Source of the DNA: Sanchytrium tribonematis
Lineage: Eukaryota
Assembly: GCA_018985235.1 (NCBI GenBank)
Contig: JADGIG010000046.1
Location: 1-32,105, forward strand
Length of the DNA stretch: 32,105 nt
Reading direction: 5' to 3'
The notes under the pieces were generated by a model that did not search any database, had not been told where the DNA came from, and worked only from the letters and a program-made list of their open reading frames with translations. A program made the translations under genes and the position numbers. Each line of letters opens with the position of its first letter. The stretch's first letter is position 1. Below, piece after piece: positions 1 through 9,508 of this stretch.

Positions 1-910
1 TGCTAAGTCTTGTATTTCCATTTTGAACCAAACAAATGCTTCCTTCAGTCCCATTTTCCATGACTCTTGTATTTAAAACATTGTCACTAGGCTGGTTCTC
101 TTGTAAATCGCTGTTAAAAATCTCATTCGAAGCAACATTTTCCCGATCCAATTTCCTTATTTGATTAACATGTACACGAGCACCATTGTCCAATAGTAAA
201 TTCCCATACGGTAACACTTCCTGTATTTCATATGGTCCAACATAAGGCTTGTCAATTTTAGTTTTAAGCTCTGGATTTGGAACCAATACCTTGTGTCCCA
301 TTTCCACATCCAACTTGTTTCGTTCCCTTTTTTCTTGTCCTACTGTTCGTGTCACATGATTCTCAACGGCAGCCTGGTTATTGGTGGAATTCCATCTTGA
401 CAATAGATTTGAAACTTCTCTCCCAGATTGTATGGGTCCCCACATTGCTGGTAATCCGTAAAGTAATTCAAATGGAATCTGACCATGCGCACGATGTTTC
501 GTAAAGCGCATCACTTGTAATGCTTTTGGCAATGCACCAACCCAATTTTCCTGGTCGGCCATATTGACTCTAATAAATTCCATAATAGAGTAGTTCGCTC
601 TTTCGGCTACACCATTGCCTTGCTTATATCCAGTTGCCGTAAAATGTATATCAATATCCTGATTTGCACAATATTGTTTCATCTTTGCACAATTGAAGTT
701 ACTCCCTTGATCGGTAATTATCTTTGTGGGTTTGCCATATCTACTAATCCACTCATTATTGAGCTTAGTAACTGCTTCATCAGCCTCAATTGTCAGTAAA
801 GGCACTGCCTCGCACCACTTGGAAAAGTAGTCTACAATAGTTAGGATATACTTGAATTCAAATCCATCAATATCACAAATAGGTAATGGACCAATCACAT
901 CAAGACGTAA
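1..910 (-). pseudogene. Retrotransposon integrase catalytic core and GPY/F region (not in the ORF track because it is open to the window edge)
   Basis: Manual translation gives LRLDVIGPLP...YILTIVDYFSKWCEAVPL...RYGKPTKIITDQGSNF...GNGVAERAN...KPYVGPYEIQEV. The D-D-E triad is intact. It is frameshifted relative to the upstream zinc-finger ORF near 905-925. Confidence 0.92.
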
Positions 911-1491
911 TCTAATTCTTGAGAATTCCACGTAGTTTTGCTGTTTTTCTTGCTCTTCAAGCACTCCTCACATTGTGCAATAGCAGCACTACATTGCCTC
1001 TTAGTTGGTTTGTGATTTCTCTGTCTTAAATAATGATAAAGCTTTTCACTTCCACAATGGTTGACTTGCTTATGAATCTTTAAAATTCCAGAAATATTCA
1101 TGCTTCTCTCTCCCATAGTTTCATTCATTGCTAAAGACTGTTCAAAATAAGTATTCAATCGAGTGAAACTATCTGCTAGAGAATTTGCAGATCCTGAAAT
1201 ATATTGGACAATCAAGTTAAATGGCATTAACGCCATTGCCCAACGTGCAATTCGACCCTTGAGTTCATTTGTGGTGAGGTAGATTAAAGATTTGTGATCC
1301 GTTTTAACAATAGTGTCTTCCCTGCCATCAATATAATATTCAAATTTCTTGACCGCATAGACAATGCTAAACAGTTCTTTTTCTCGGATGCTCCAATTCA
1401 ATTCATGGTTTTTCAAGCACCTAGATACCACTGCAACAATGTTGTTAACTTGAGTGCCCATTTTGCCAACCAACTCCATCAAAAACAACAT
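895..1491 (-). pseudogene. Second, N-truncated Ty3-type RNase H plus integrase HHCC zinc finger
   Basis: WSIREKELFSIVYAVKKF...KTDHKSL...RIARWAMAL...YISGSANSLADSFTR, followed by HKQVNHCG...CEEC. Confidence 0.9.
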
Positions 1492-1803
1492 TTATCTGCT
1501 GATCTTCGGTGAGATTCTCATTGTATGGAGATACGACAATGAATGGTGATCTGTTTTTATGATGGTATCATCACGACCATGAATGAAATATTTAAACTTG
1601 TCACAAGCAAATACACAAGAGAATAGCTCCTTTTCTCGAATTGGCCATCTAGTCTCCGCATTCTGGAACACCTTTGAACACATGCTAATGATCTCATTGT
1701 GCTGTTTTAATACTGCTCCATATCCTATGTTTGATGCATCGCACTCAATTATGAATCTTTTCTCAAAGTTTGGATGTTTCAGAAGAATGGGTGATTTTAT
1801 CAT
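1492..1803 (-). pseudogene. Ty3-type RNase H, first copy
   Basis: LKHPNFEKRFIIECDASNIGYGAVLKQ...WPIREKELFS...KTDHHSL...KISR*. The TAA lies at the position of the conserved Trp. Confidence 0.92.
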
Positions 1804-1845
1804 CTGCTTGATTCTTTCAAATGATTCCTGTTCTTCCTCACCCCA

Positions 1846-2462
1846 CTAAAATTCCACATTCTTTTTCCACTTCAGAGCTGGATTTAGGCATTCAAAGTCC
1901 GTAATTGGATCCACTCTGGACATATCCGGCCCAGCATAGTTCGGACTGAATCCATCAAAATTGTTCATTTTTTTGCATATGCTTTTAAGTTGTATTTGGT
2001 CAGTAAAGCGAATATTTCTTGCAATATTTCCAAGTACCCCTCTACTGTTTCCGTACAAATAAGTATATCATCCTGATATGCCAAGACCTTGGAATTATCA
2101 AAACCCTGAAAGATGAAATCAACACCACGTGGAAAACATTTGCCACTATTTTTCAACCCAAATGGCATGTTCACATAAACAAAATGTCCCAAATGACATA
2201 CAAATCCGGTAATCATAATGCTATCTGGATGGACTGTAATCTGCCAATACCCCTTACGGAAATCAATCTTTGAAAACCAATTCTTTCCATAAAATCGACT
2301 CAAAAGATCGCGAATTTTGGGAAGTGGATAACTGTCACTTTCGATTAATTTATTTACACCTCGGTAGTTAACCACAAAGCGTTTCTCAGTTGTACCTGCC
2401 TTGTCAACTAGATGTACTGGCGCACTATACACGGATGGATCGCTTCTCTCAATCTCTTTCAA
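1846..2462 (-). pseudogene. Reverse transcriptase, frameshifted
   Basis: SAPVHLVDK...RFVVNYRGVNK...YPLPKI...FSKIDFRKGYWQI...MPFGLKN...YQDDILI. The frame breaks near 1965-1985. Confidence 0.93.
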
Positions 2463-3340
2463 AATGGATTAAGAAGTCCAATCCTAATAAGATGTCGAAC
2501 TTGTCTGATGGAAATACGTAAAATGTTGCCTTAATGATTGAACCAATGACAACATCAACTTCTGCTTTCTTGTTGCATTGGATTGTAGTTCCATTCACTG
2601 CACTAAATTGCTTCTGGCAATGCCATTCCTTAATTTAGTCAGATGGCTCCAAACTGTCAAAATATGCCTTTGACATAATACTGATGAAACTGCCTCTATC
2701 TAAAAAGCCATCAACTTTGGTGTCGTTGATGTCAATTGTCATCCACATTGGTTTAGGCGTGGAATCAATAATGGCATTTGTAGTGTCTATTTTCTCAATA
2801 TTTGGACAATCCTTTTTTTGTTTCAATCTAGGAACCTTACCCCAAGTCTTCTGCAATGCATTAATCTCTCGATACTCTGCAATAAATCGATTTTTCAACT
2901 CTTCCTATGTAGGATTGGCTTGTACCCAACCCAGTATTTTCAGTTGAATTTGACCAGAGAGATACATTGGAAAATACTTCAGCTTGAGTTCATTACCTTT
3001 CAAAATTACCTTTCAAAATTGTTTGAAAGGTAATGAACTCAAGGCGGAGAAAGAAATCAACTGCATCATCCTTACTCGGAACCTTTGGAGGCTGCAACGC
3101 CAGTTGTTGCTGCACTCCATCAAATTGCGGTTAACCTCCAGAATTCATATCTGCTATACCCATCAGATTGGGATGAGGCTGCTGCTGTTTATTGGACTGC
3201 ACAGGGCCCTATTTGGGTTGCATCTCATTTGCTGCCCCTTGGGAAATTCCTGTAACTCCATTTCTTCATCCTTGTTCATGTTGTACACTGTAGGATCAAA
3301 ATTGGCACACACAAGTTTTTCTGGAGCGTCAATCTCACCG
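2460..3340 (-). pseudogene. gag remnant and aspartic protease
   Basis: Gag-like VDFFLRLEF...KYFPMYLSG...PT*EELKNRF (TAG at 2905-2907). Protease VDGFLDRGSFISIMS...SAVNGT...DILLGLDFL with an internal stop at 2635-2637. Boundaries are approximate. Confidence 0.75.
2983..3043. repeat. 22-bp perfect inverted repeat with an internal 13-nt direct duplication
   Basis: cttgagttcattacctttcaaa (2983-3004) pairs with tttgaaaggtaatgaactcaag (3022-3043). The spacer repeats attacctttcaaa. Confidence 0.95.
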
Positions 3341-3607
3341 ATTCACTCATCCTCACTCACAACATCCAATTCCACCACTTCAAAAGCCATACTTAAGTCC
3401 ACGTCCCTCCACAAGGATAAAACTGGAGGTGGAGAATTATTTACTGAATCTGTTATATCATCCAATTCACGCTGATGCTTATGTGAATCCACATTGCCTG
3501 GCTTGTTGCCTTCTAATTGGCTTTGATAAATACCGAATGGTGTTATTAGGTCTGCCACTATTTTATCATCTTCCAGATGCAATTCAAGTCCAAATCTTTT
3601 ATTAATG

Positions 3608-5155
3608 TTAATGCTCACACAATGAAAATTCCCTCTCATACAATTGCTCATTTCTTTCATCCATATAATATTTTCTTTCCTCCATCAATTTCAATCTAAT
3701 TTCTTTTGCTTCCTCCAAATGTATGGGATAATCCATATATCTCATTATTTTATCAAATATCAACTCTGGTAATCCACTTATCAATGATTTGTCTTGTAAA
3801 ATCTCCTTTTTAAACCAATCCATTTGCTGTGGTCCAACTTCCTTTGTACTCGTTATTTTATGATTGGGATGCACTAAAAAGAAACACAGTATCTTCCGAT
3901 GACCATTTTTACCCTTGTCAAGTAACTCAAATGGTTCTACTTTATGCTGATACAAATTAGGAAACACGATTAATTTTCCCTCTTGGATTTCAATTTCACC
4001 AATATTTTGAGACAATGGACCTTCATTAACGAGTCCATAAATCATTTCTACACCATTATCATCATTCTGTTCATAATTAGGCTCACATACACTTTGTCGC
4101 ATGCTCAAAAATGAATTTGAAATATTTTCAACATCGTAGTAATAAATGCCAGTTGCACAAATTTGTTCTCTAGTAGTGCCTTCTATATGCCATACACCCC
4201 CATGATACACTGGATTCTCGGGTGTTAATTGGATATTTGCTAGTTTGATAATGACTTGTAAATGACTTGGCAAATTTAAAATTTGATTTTTTGATTTTGG
4301 GGCATATAATGGGATTTGGGGTTGTTCAGGGACTCTGTTGTCATAATATACATCCCATGCATCATCATAATCCTCATCATTTTCAAAATTATCACGATTT
4401 AAATGTTCTGGCTCTTCTGGATACCAATTTGAATCCACTTGAATTCTATTGGTATATTTGTGAGATAAACAATATTGGAATAATGGGATAAATTCATTGA
4501 ATATAGTAGTGATTAATTCATATAAATGGGTGTGTTTGGGGTGTAAATTGTTGATATAGGACGTGATTTCATATTTGCCATTTTTCAACTCAAATTCGCT
4601 TGGAAGCCATTGATAATGAATTTGAATGTCATCTGATGAGGAAATAGGAGATTTTAATTGACCAGAATTCATTAGTTGTAGACAATTCTCTAGAGTAAAT
4701 GGATTGGATAATTTGGATTTTTCAGATAATGGAAATAAAGAGGGATGGACGATATCAAGCACTTGTTGGTTTGAATTTGGATGCCAATCGAGTAAATGAG
4801 ATGGTACATCTTGAAATTGAGCCATGATTTGCTTGAATTCGTGGTGTAAAGAAGATTCTATGCCATCAAATAATTGAAAAGTGCCATCTACTGGACCATA
4901 TGGCAAATCAAGTGAATCTTGCAACTCATCAAAGCAATATTGAATGATTTCATTTGGCAAATCTTGTTCAATCAATTCTTGCTTCCATTTTTGAGAATAT
5001 GTTGCAAATTTAATTTGCCAATTGGGTTTATTTTTAATAATTTCTAATATTTGCATGATTTGTAATTCTTTTAAACATTTGGGTTGTAATCCATCGCCAT
5101 AATCACCAAATTCAAATGGATAGCCATTTTCCAACATTGCATAAAATGTGGACAT
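3608..5155 (-). CDS. DUF4246-family protein (putative 2OG-Fe(II) oxygenase-like fold), 515 aa
   Basis: Family-typical motifs recognised from memory: DWHPNS..QVLDIVHPSLFP, QWLPSEF, ITSYINNLHP, LQVIIKLANIQLTPENP.Y.GG.WHIEG, FPNLYQHKVEPFEL, GHRKILCFFLV, EREFSLCEH. Confidence 0.88.
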   Translation of the reverse strand: MSTFYAMLENGYPFEFGDYGDGLQPKCLKELQIMQILEIIKNKPNWQIKFATYSQKWKQELIEQDLPNEIIQYCFDELQDSLDLPYGPVDGTFQLFDGIESSLHHEFKQIMAQFQDVPSHLLDWHPNSNQQVLDIVHPSLFPLSEKSKLSNPFTLENCLQLMNSGQLKSPISSSDDIQIHYQWLPSEFELKNGKYEITSYINNLHPKHTHLYELITTIFNEFIPLFQYCLSHKYTNRIQVDSNWYPEEPEHLNRDNFENDEDYDDAWDVYYDNRVPEQPQIPLYAPKSKNQILNLPSHLQVIIKLANIQLTPENPVYHGGVWHIEGTTREQICATGIYYYDVENISNSFLSMRQSVCEPNYEQNDDNGVEMIYGLVNEGPLSQNIGEIEIQEGKLIVFPNLYQHKVEPFELLDKGKNGHRKILCFFLVHPNHKITSTKEVGPQQMDWFKKEILQDKSLISGLPELIFDKIMRYMDYPIHLEEAKEIRLKLMEERKYYMDERNEQLYEREFSLCEH

Positions 5156-5196
5156 GTTTTAAAAATAATTGAAAATTTCAAAGTTTTTCAAAACAA

Positions 5197-5943
5197 ATGT
5201 CTATTCAACAAACTGCTGCTCAAGGATTTAATCACCAAGTAGATGCATATGATCGAGGTAGACCAGATTATCCAGCAGATGCCATACTCCATCTCATTCA
5301 TGAATTAAACATTACAAATGACATGAAATTGGTCGATTTGGCAGCAGGCACTGGTAAATTTACTAAAATACTATCTCAACATACAAATGCATCCATCACA
5401 GCCATAGAACCCATTGAAAATATGCGATTTAAATTTCAATCTCATTTATCCATTCCAATTCTAAATGGCACTGCAGAATCCATCCCATTACCAAATGAAT
5501 CAATCGATGTTGTATTTATAGCACAAGCATTTCACTGGTTTGATGCCAATAAAGCCCTACCAGAAATCCATCGCATTTTAAAACCAAATGGTAAATTGGC
5601 ATTAATCTGGAATAAAATGGATTTATCTTGTCATTGGCTATTTAATGTCCAAGAAATGATCAATAAACACAATCCTGGTGTATTACAATATGCCAATACG
5701 CCATGGCAATCTTATTTTGAAGCATCCATCCTATTTTCAACATTAAATTACAAAATGCTTTCTATTCAACACCCTGCTACTTTACAAACAGTCCTAGATC
5801 GTGCAACATCCATTAGTTTCATTTCTAATTTATCAAATGATGAGCAAGAGACATTGAAAGATGAAATTTCTAATTATTTGACAAAAATTGATTTTCAATT
5901 CATTCCTTATCACACAGATGTCTTTTGGTGTAGCAAGATTTAA
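5197..5943 (+). CDS. Class I SAM-dependent methyltransferase (Methyltransf_11-like), 248 aa
   Basis: YDRGRPDYP, motif I VDLAAGTGKFT, GTAESIPL, AQAFHWFD, RILKPNGKLALIWN. Confidence 0.92.
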   Translation: MSIQQTAAQGFNHQVDAYDRGRPDYPADAILHLIHELNITNDMKLVDLAAGTGKFTKILSQHTNASITAIEPIENMRFKFQSHLSIPILNGTAESIPLPNESIDVVFIAQAFHWFDANKALPEIHRILKPNGKLALIWNKMDLSCHWLFNVQEMINKHNPGVLQYANTPWQSYFEASILFSTLNYKMLSIQHPATLQTVLDRATSISFISNLSNDEQETLKDEISNYLTKIDFQFIPYHTDVFWCSKI

Positions 5944-6149
5944 TAAATTCATCATAAAATATTGGATCCATTATTTAATGGGTAAATTGGGGGATTTCTC
6001 GTTTCCACGCTGCTTGGCAATTTTGCAGCACAGTGATTTTCAGGAAACTAGATCTGAAAATTTCAAATACCAGTCTGTGATTGGAGCCATAAATGACGCA
6101 GACCTTGGACTGTCTTTAAAAGAAGCATTACTGCCTGGAACTTGGCATC

Positions 6150-6623
6150 ATGCTATGGATGACATTTATTTACGCAATACCTACGGTTGACATGAGTGAC
6201 TTAATAGTCACAAACCAAGAATCAATTCGTAAGTTGTTTGGGAAATTGAAAAAGTTGGGCCAGCCAATTAGCAAAATTACAACGGAAATGCTAAGTCAGA
6301 GCGTGGATCCTAATTTTGAGAATTATGAATTGATCTTATTTGATAGTGTGCCCAAAAAGATATGGACAGAATTGGAAAAACAGAGGAAAATTGGTCAGGA
6401 GAAAGAACTTATCGCATCAATCAAAAGTCCAGTTGAAACAATACCGCCAAAAGGACGATTTAGTCTAGATCCAGGGGCTTTGGAAAGATTATCTTCGTTG
6501 TCTGCTGAAGATCAGATCCAAAACGATTTTGAACCACGACAATTATTTGAAAGTAGTGCGAGTAAAGGATCAAGCAGCAAAGTGGAACCACATCCCGATG
6601 GAATATCAGAGACGATTTTCTAA
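6150..6623 (+). CDS. Putative secreted protein, dispersed relative of the 23850-29744 family, 157 aa
   Basis: N-terminus MLWMTFIYAIP resembles MIWITLLFAIP; ISKITTE resembles ISKLTTEQ; TGATTGG lies upstream at 6078-6084. Confidence 0.65.
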   Translation: MLWMTFIYAIPTVDMSDLIVTNQESIRKLFGKLKKLGQPISKITTEMLSQSVDPNFENYELILFDSVPKKIWTELEKQRKIGQEKELIASIKSPVETIPPKGRFSLDPGALERLSSLSAEDQIQNDFEPRQLFESSASKGSSSKVEPHPDGISETIF

Positions 6624-6649
6624 ATAAGAAAGGTAATTCAATCATAAAT

Positions 6650-9254
6650 TTATTGTCGCATCAATTTAATAAACACATCTTCCAAAGTTCCTTGTGAAAT
6701 TCCAAAATTCACACTTGTTTCATTCTCTAAATAACCCAATAAATCCACCAATTTACCAGCATTGACACCCAATTCTACAATTAATGGGTTCTCATCAATA
6801 ATTTTAAAGTCTGGAATGTACTGTTTAATGATGGATTTCATTTGTTCATTCTCTTCTTTAGGAATATTAAAATTTAATCGATAAGGACAGCCATATTGAT
6901 GTTTTAATGATACCGCATCCCCAAATGCAACAAATTGACCCTTTTTCATGACAGAGATCTCATCTCCCAAAGCAGATGCTTCTTCCATCGAATGCGTTGT
7001 TAAAACAATGATTCGCCCCTTTTTAAATTTCTCTAAAAATTGCCAGACCAATCTTCTATTAAATGGGTCCATACCAGTCTAAATGAGTTTAAATTACAGT
7101 TGGTTCATCCAAAATTAGAAATTTAGGGTCTCCAATGGTAGAAATGACGACACTCAATCTCCTTTTCATTCCACCAGAGTATGATTTACTAGGAAGATGT
7201 CTGACATCCCATAATAATACCGCATTTAATCTTTCTTCTATTAATTTAGATTTCTCTGCTGCTGGCACATTTTTCAAATCACAGTACATATTTAAATGCT
7301 CTAATGCGTTCAACTCGCCATATAACAAGTCAAATTGGGGTGTGATACCACTAAATGCCTGGATATCACTGATACTTGATTTTACTGATTTTTGATGAAC
7401 CAGGGCATCTCCAGCAGATTGCTTCAGAAATCCACTTAATATTTTCAATGTCGTTGTTTTACCACCGCCATTCTGGCCTAGAAATGCCAATAATTGATTC
7501 TCTTTGAATACAAATGACAATCCTTTGACAGCCATCTTTTTGGCAGTGAATAATCCACCATATTCTTTCTTTAAATTCACCAATCTCAATTCATGATGTT
7601 CTAGATTGGTAATCGCTTGTTGTCGTTGCTTTAAAACACCTGTATCTTGACTAGATGGCTCATCTTCTAAATATTTACCAATCCATTCCTTAATGTCAGA
7701 AATAATACTTTGAGTGCCAAATTGCTTGTAATACTCTGGATCTAAAAAGAACCATGGTTTTTCTACTTTACCATTGGTATTGGTGACTATTTTATCAAAA
7801 TAAAGTGCCAAAATGAAGTAAAATAAGAAAATACCCACTAAAATGCCAAAACTATCCCCAGTACTGCCTGTATGATCCATTAAATTGGTAATGACACCCG
7901 GATAAGTGCTATTATATTGCTTGATAAATGTAGATTTATCAGCATCTGCCCAAACATATTTAGTAGGTGAAACCAAATCCCCCGTCGTTGAATTTCTAAA
8001 ATGTTGATTTAGCGTAAAGACGTCTTTAATAATCTTGTTGAGATTAAAAATAGGGATCAATTCTAATGCTTGATGGACAGACGGACTCATGACATCTGGA
8101 GAATACCAGAAATAATAAATTGGTGAATCTCCAGTTGAAACACTCATTAAAATACCTTCTACGATTTGTAATGCGCAACAAATGACCATGATGAAAATAG
8201 CAGTGAATAAAGCCAATCCAGGGCGTCTAATGCAACTGGCAATGGTCATTCCAAGAGCTGTGAAACTCATCAAATACATGAAATAACCCACAAATAAAAT
8301 GGAAGGATCTCCTTGGAAGATCTCAAAGTTGTAAATAATGCCCATAATCATGACAACAAGAGAATTGATTAAAATGATGGGTAATTGAGAAATCAACTGA
8401 GAAATGTAAAAAATGGATGGCCACACGCCAAATGCGACTAAACCAGAGATTAATCCCTTGCTCTCTTCATTTGTGATGGTAGTGATGATATTAATAAATA
8501 TTGGAATACTGGAAATCAATAAAAACAAAGGCAACAAAGATCTGACTGGATATTGTAAATCCATGGTATCCGAATTTAGAGGGATTTTAGGGAGTGGCTG
8601 CGTAGAATACTTCATTTTTAAGACTGGCTTGATACTACTAGGTGGATTATTTGTGTCTACTTTTAAATCATTGAAATTTAAAAATGCTTCTTCTAATAAA
8701 ACTTGAAATGAAACAGCTTGACCACTTGCACTATCACCAGATGTGCCCATATTGGTTTTATTTTGCCAAATCTCATAGTTGTAAATGTGTCTATCTAATT
8801 GATGAGTAAATTTGACACCTAAAGCCGTGGTATTTTGATTTTTAAAGATAAAATCATGCATTTTTGAATCTGTTGAAAATCCAACAATATCCATGTTTTT
8901 AGACAATTCAGTGACATCGGTAGACTCTAATTTGAATGCTTGACCACCATGGAGCACATTCAATTGACTCACAGTGTCCATAATCAAACTATTTAAAGGC
9001 GTAATTGGAGAATACGCAATAGAGATACATGGTGAATTACCAGGAATACATGCCATGACAGGTGCTACTGGACTGACAGTGGGGTCTAGATTACTTACCA
9101 AGGACGCATCAGAAGCAGCAGAGAGAATCCAATAACAAATTGATAAACTAATAACTGGTGTTAAAATCATTAGACAGAGCATGGTTCTCCATGATTTCAT
9201 TTGTAAGCGCGTATTCTTCTTAAGCATGACTTTTAATTGATTTCCAACAGTCAT
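6650..9254 (-). CDS. ABCA-subfamily half transporter (TMD-NBD), 2 exons (9254-7098, 7078-6650), 861 aa
   Basis: Start MTVGNQLKVMLKKN is a typical ABCA N-terminus. About 6 TM segments, Walker A GQNGGGKTT, signature YSGGMKRRL. Splicing restores Walker B/D-loop LILDEPTTGMDP. Also TTHSMEEA and TLEDVF. Confidence 0.93.
7079..7097 (-). other. 19-nt spliceosomal intron gtaatttaaactcatttag
   Basis: GT...AG ends, contains an in-frame TAA. Removal joins DEPT to TGMDP and gives the ABCA consensus. Confidence 0.92.
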
Positions 9255-9308
9255 TTTAAAATGTTGGAATTTTTTCAAAGTGGCTGGTGAAAAATCGATA
9301 TCACATTT

Positions 9309-9422
9309 TGACGTTGCACGTGGGTAAATTGACGTCACAAGAGCCACCCCTCTGCAATTTGATTTGATAAAAATAGCCAAAATGACGTCACAAGAGCCTC
9401 CGAGTCATTTGATTTGCTAAAA
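9309..9422. promoter_or_regulatory. Bidirectional promoter with a duplicated CRE-containing module and an E-box
   Basis: tgacgtcacaagagcc occurs at 9330-9345 and 9383-9398, each followed by atttgatttg(a/c)taaaa. CACGTG at 9317-9322. The block lies between the divergent ABCA start codons. Confidence 0.65.
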
Positions 9423-9508
9423 GTAAGTACAATTGTCTGATTGTGACATTAGCAACCTACTAATTGAAATTACAAGGGACTTGACCAAACAACGGATAAA
9501 AGAATTAC

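Larger units (their letters stand above)
1..3480 (-). mobile_element. Degenerate Ty3/Gypsy-type LTR retrotransposon internal region (gag-PR-RT-RNaseH-RNaseH'-IN), running off the left window edge
   Basis: Domain order PR-RT-RH-IN on the minus strand. Motifs: gag PT*EELKNRF...RLKQ, protease FLDRGS...ILLGLDFL, RT FSKIDFRKGYWQI / MPFGLKN / YQDD, RNase H ECDASNIGYGAVL...EKEL, integrase HHCC + DDE + GPY. Contains multiple stops and frameshifts. The right boundary is approximate and no LTR was identified. Confidence 0.93.

Noticed and set aside
1492..2907. Alternative genetic code (TAA/TAG read as sense), suggested by in-frame stops
   Set aside because: In-frame stops occur only in decayed elements. 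Conserved genes (FAH, ABCA, hydrolase) have none internally and end in TAA.
3343..3660. LTR/PBS or a separate gene upstream of gag
   Set aside because: There is no second LTR in the window for comparison and no convincing TG...CA or tRNA primer site. The ORF overlaps the DUF4246 3' end and has no recognisable motif.
5888..6207. ORF 5888-6190 joined to 6150-6623 by a 22-nt GT-AG intron
   Set aside because: The 6150 ATG already gives a family-typical signal peptide with an upstream TGATTGG, so the upstream ORF is probably spurious.
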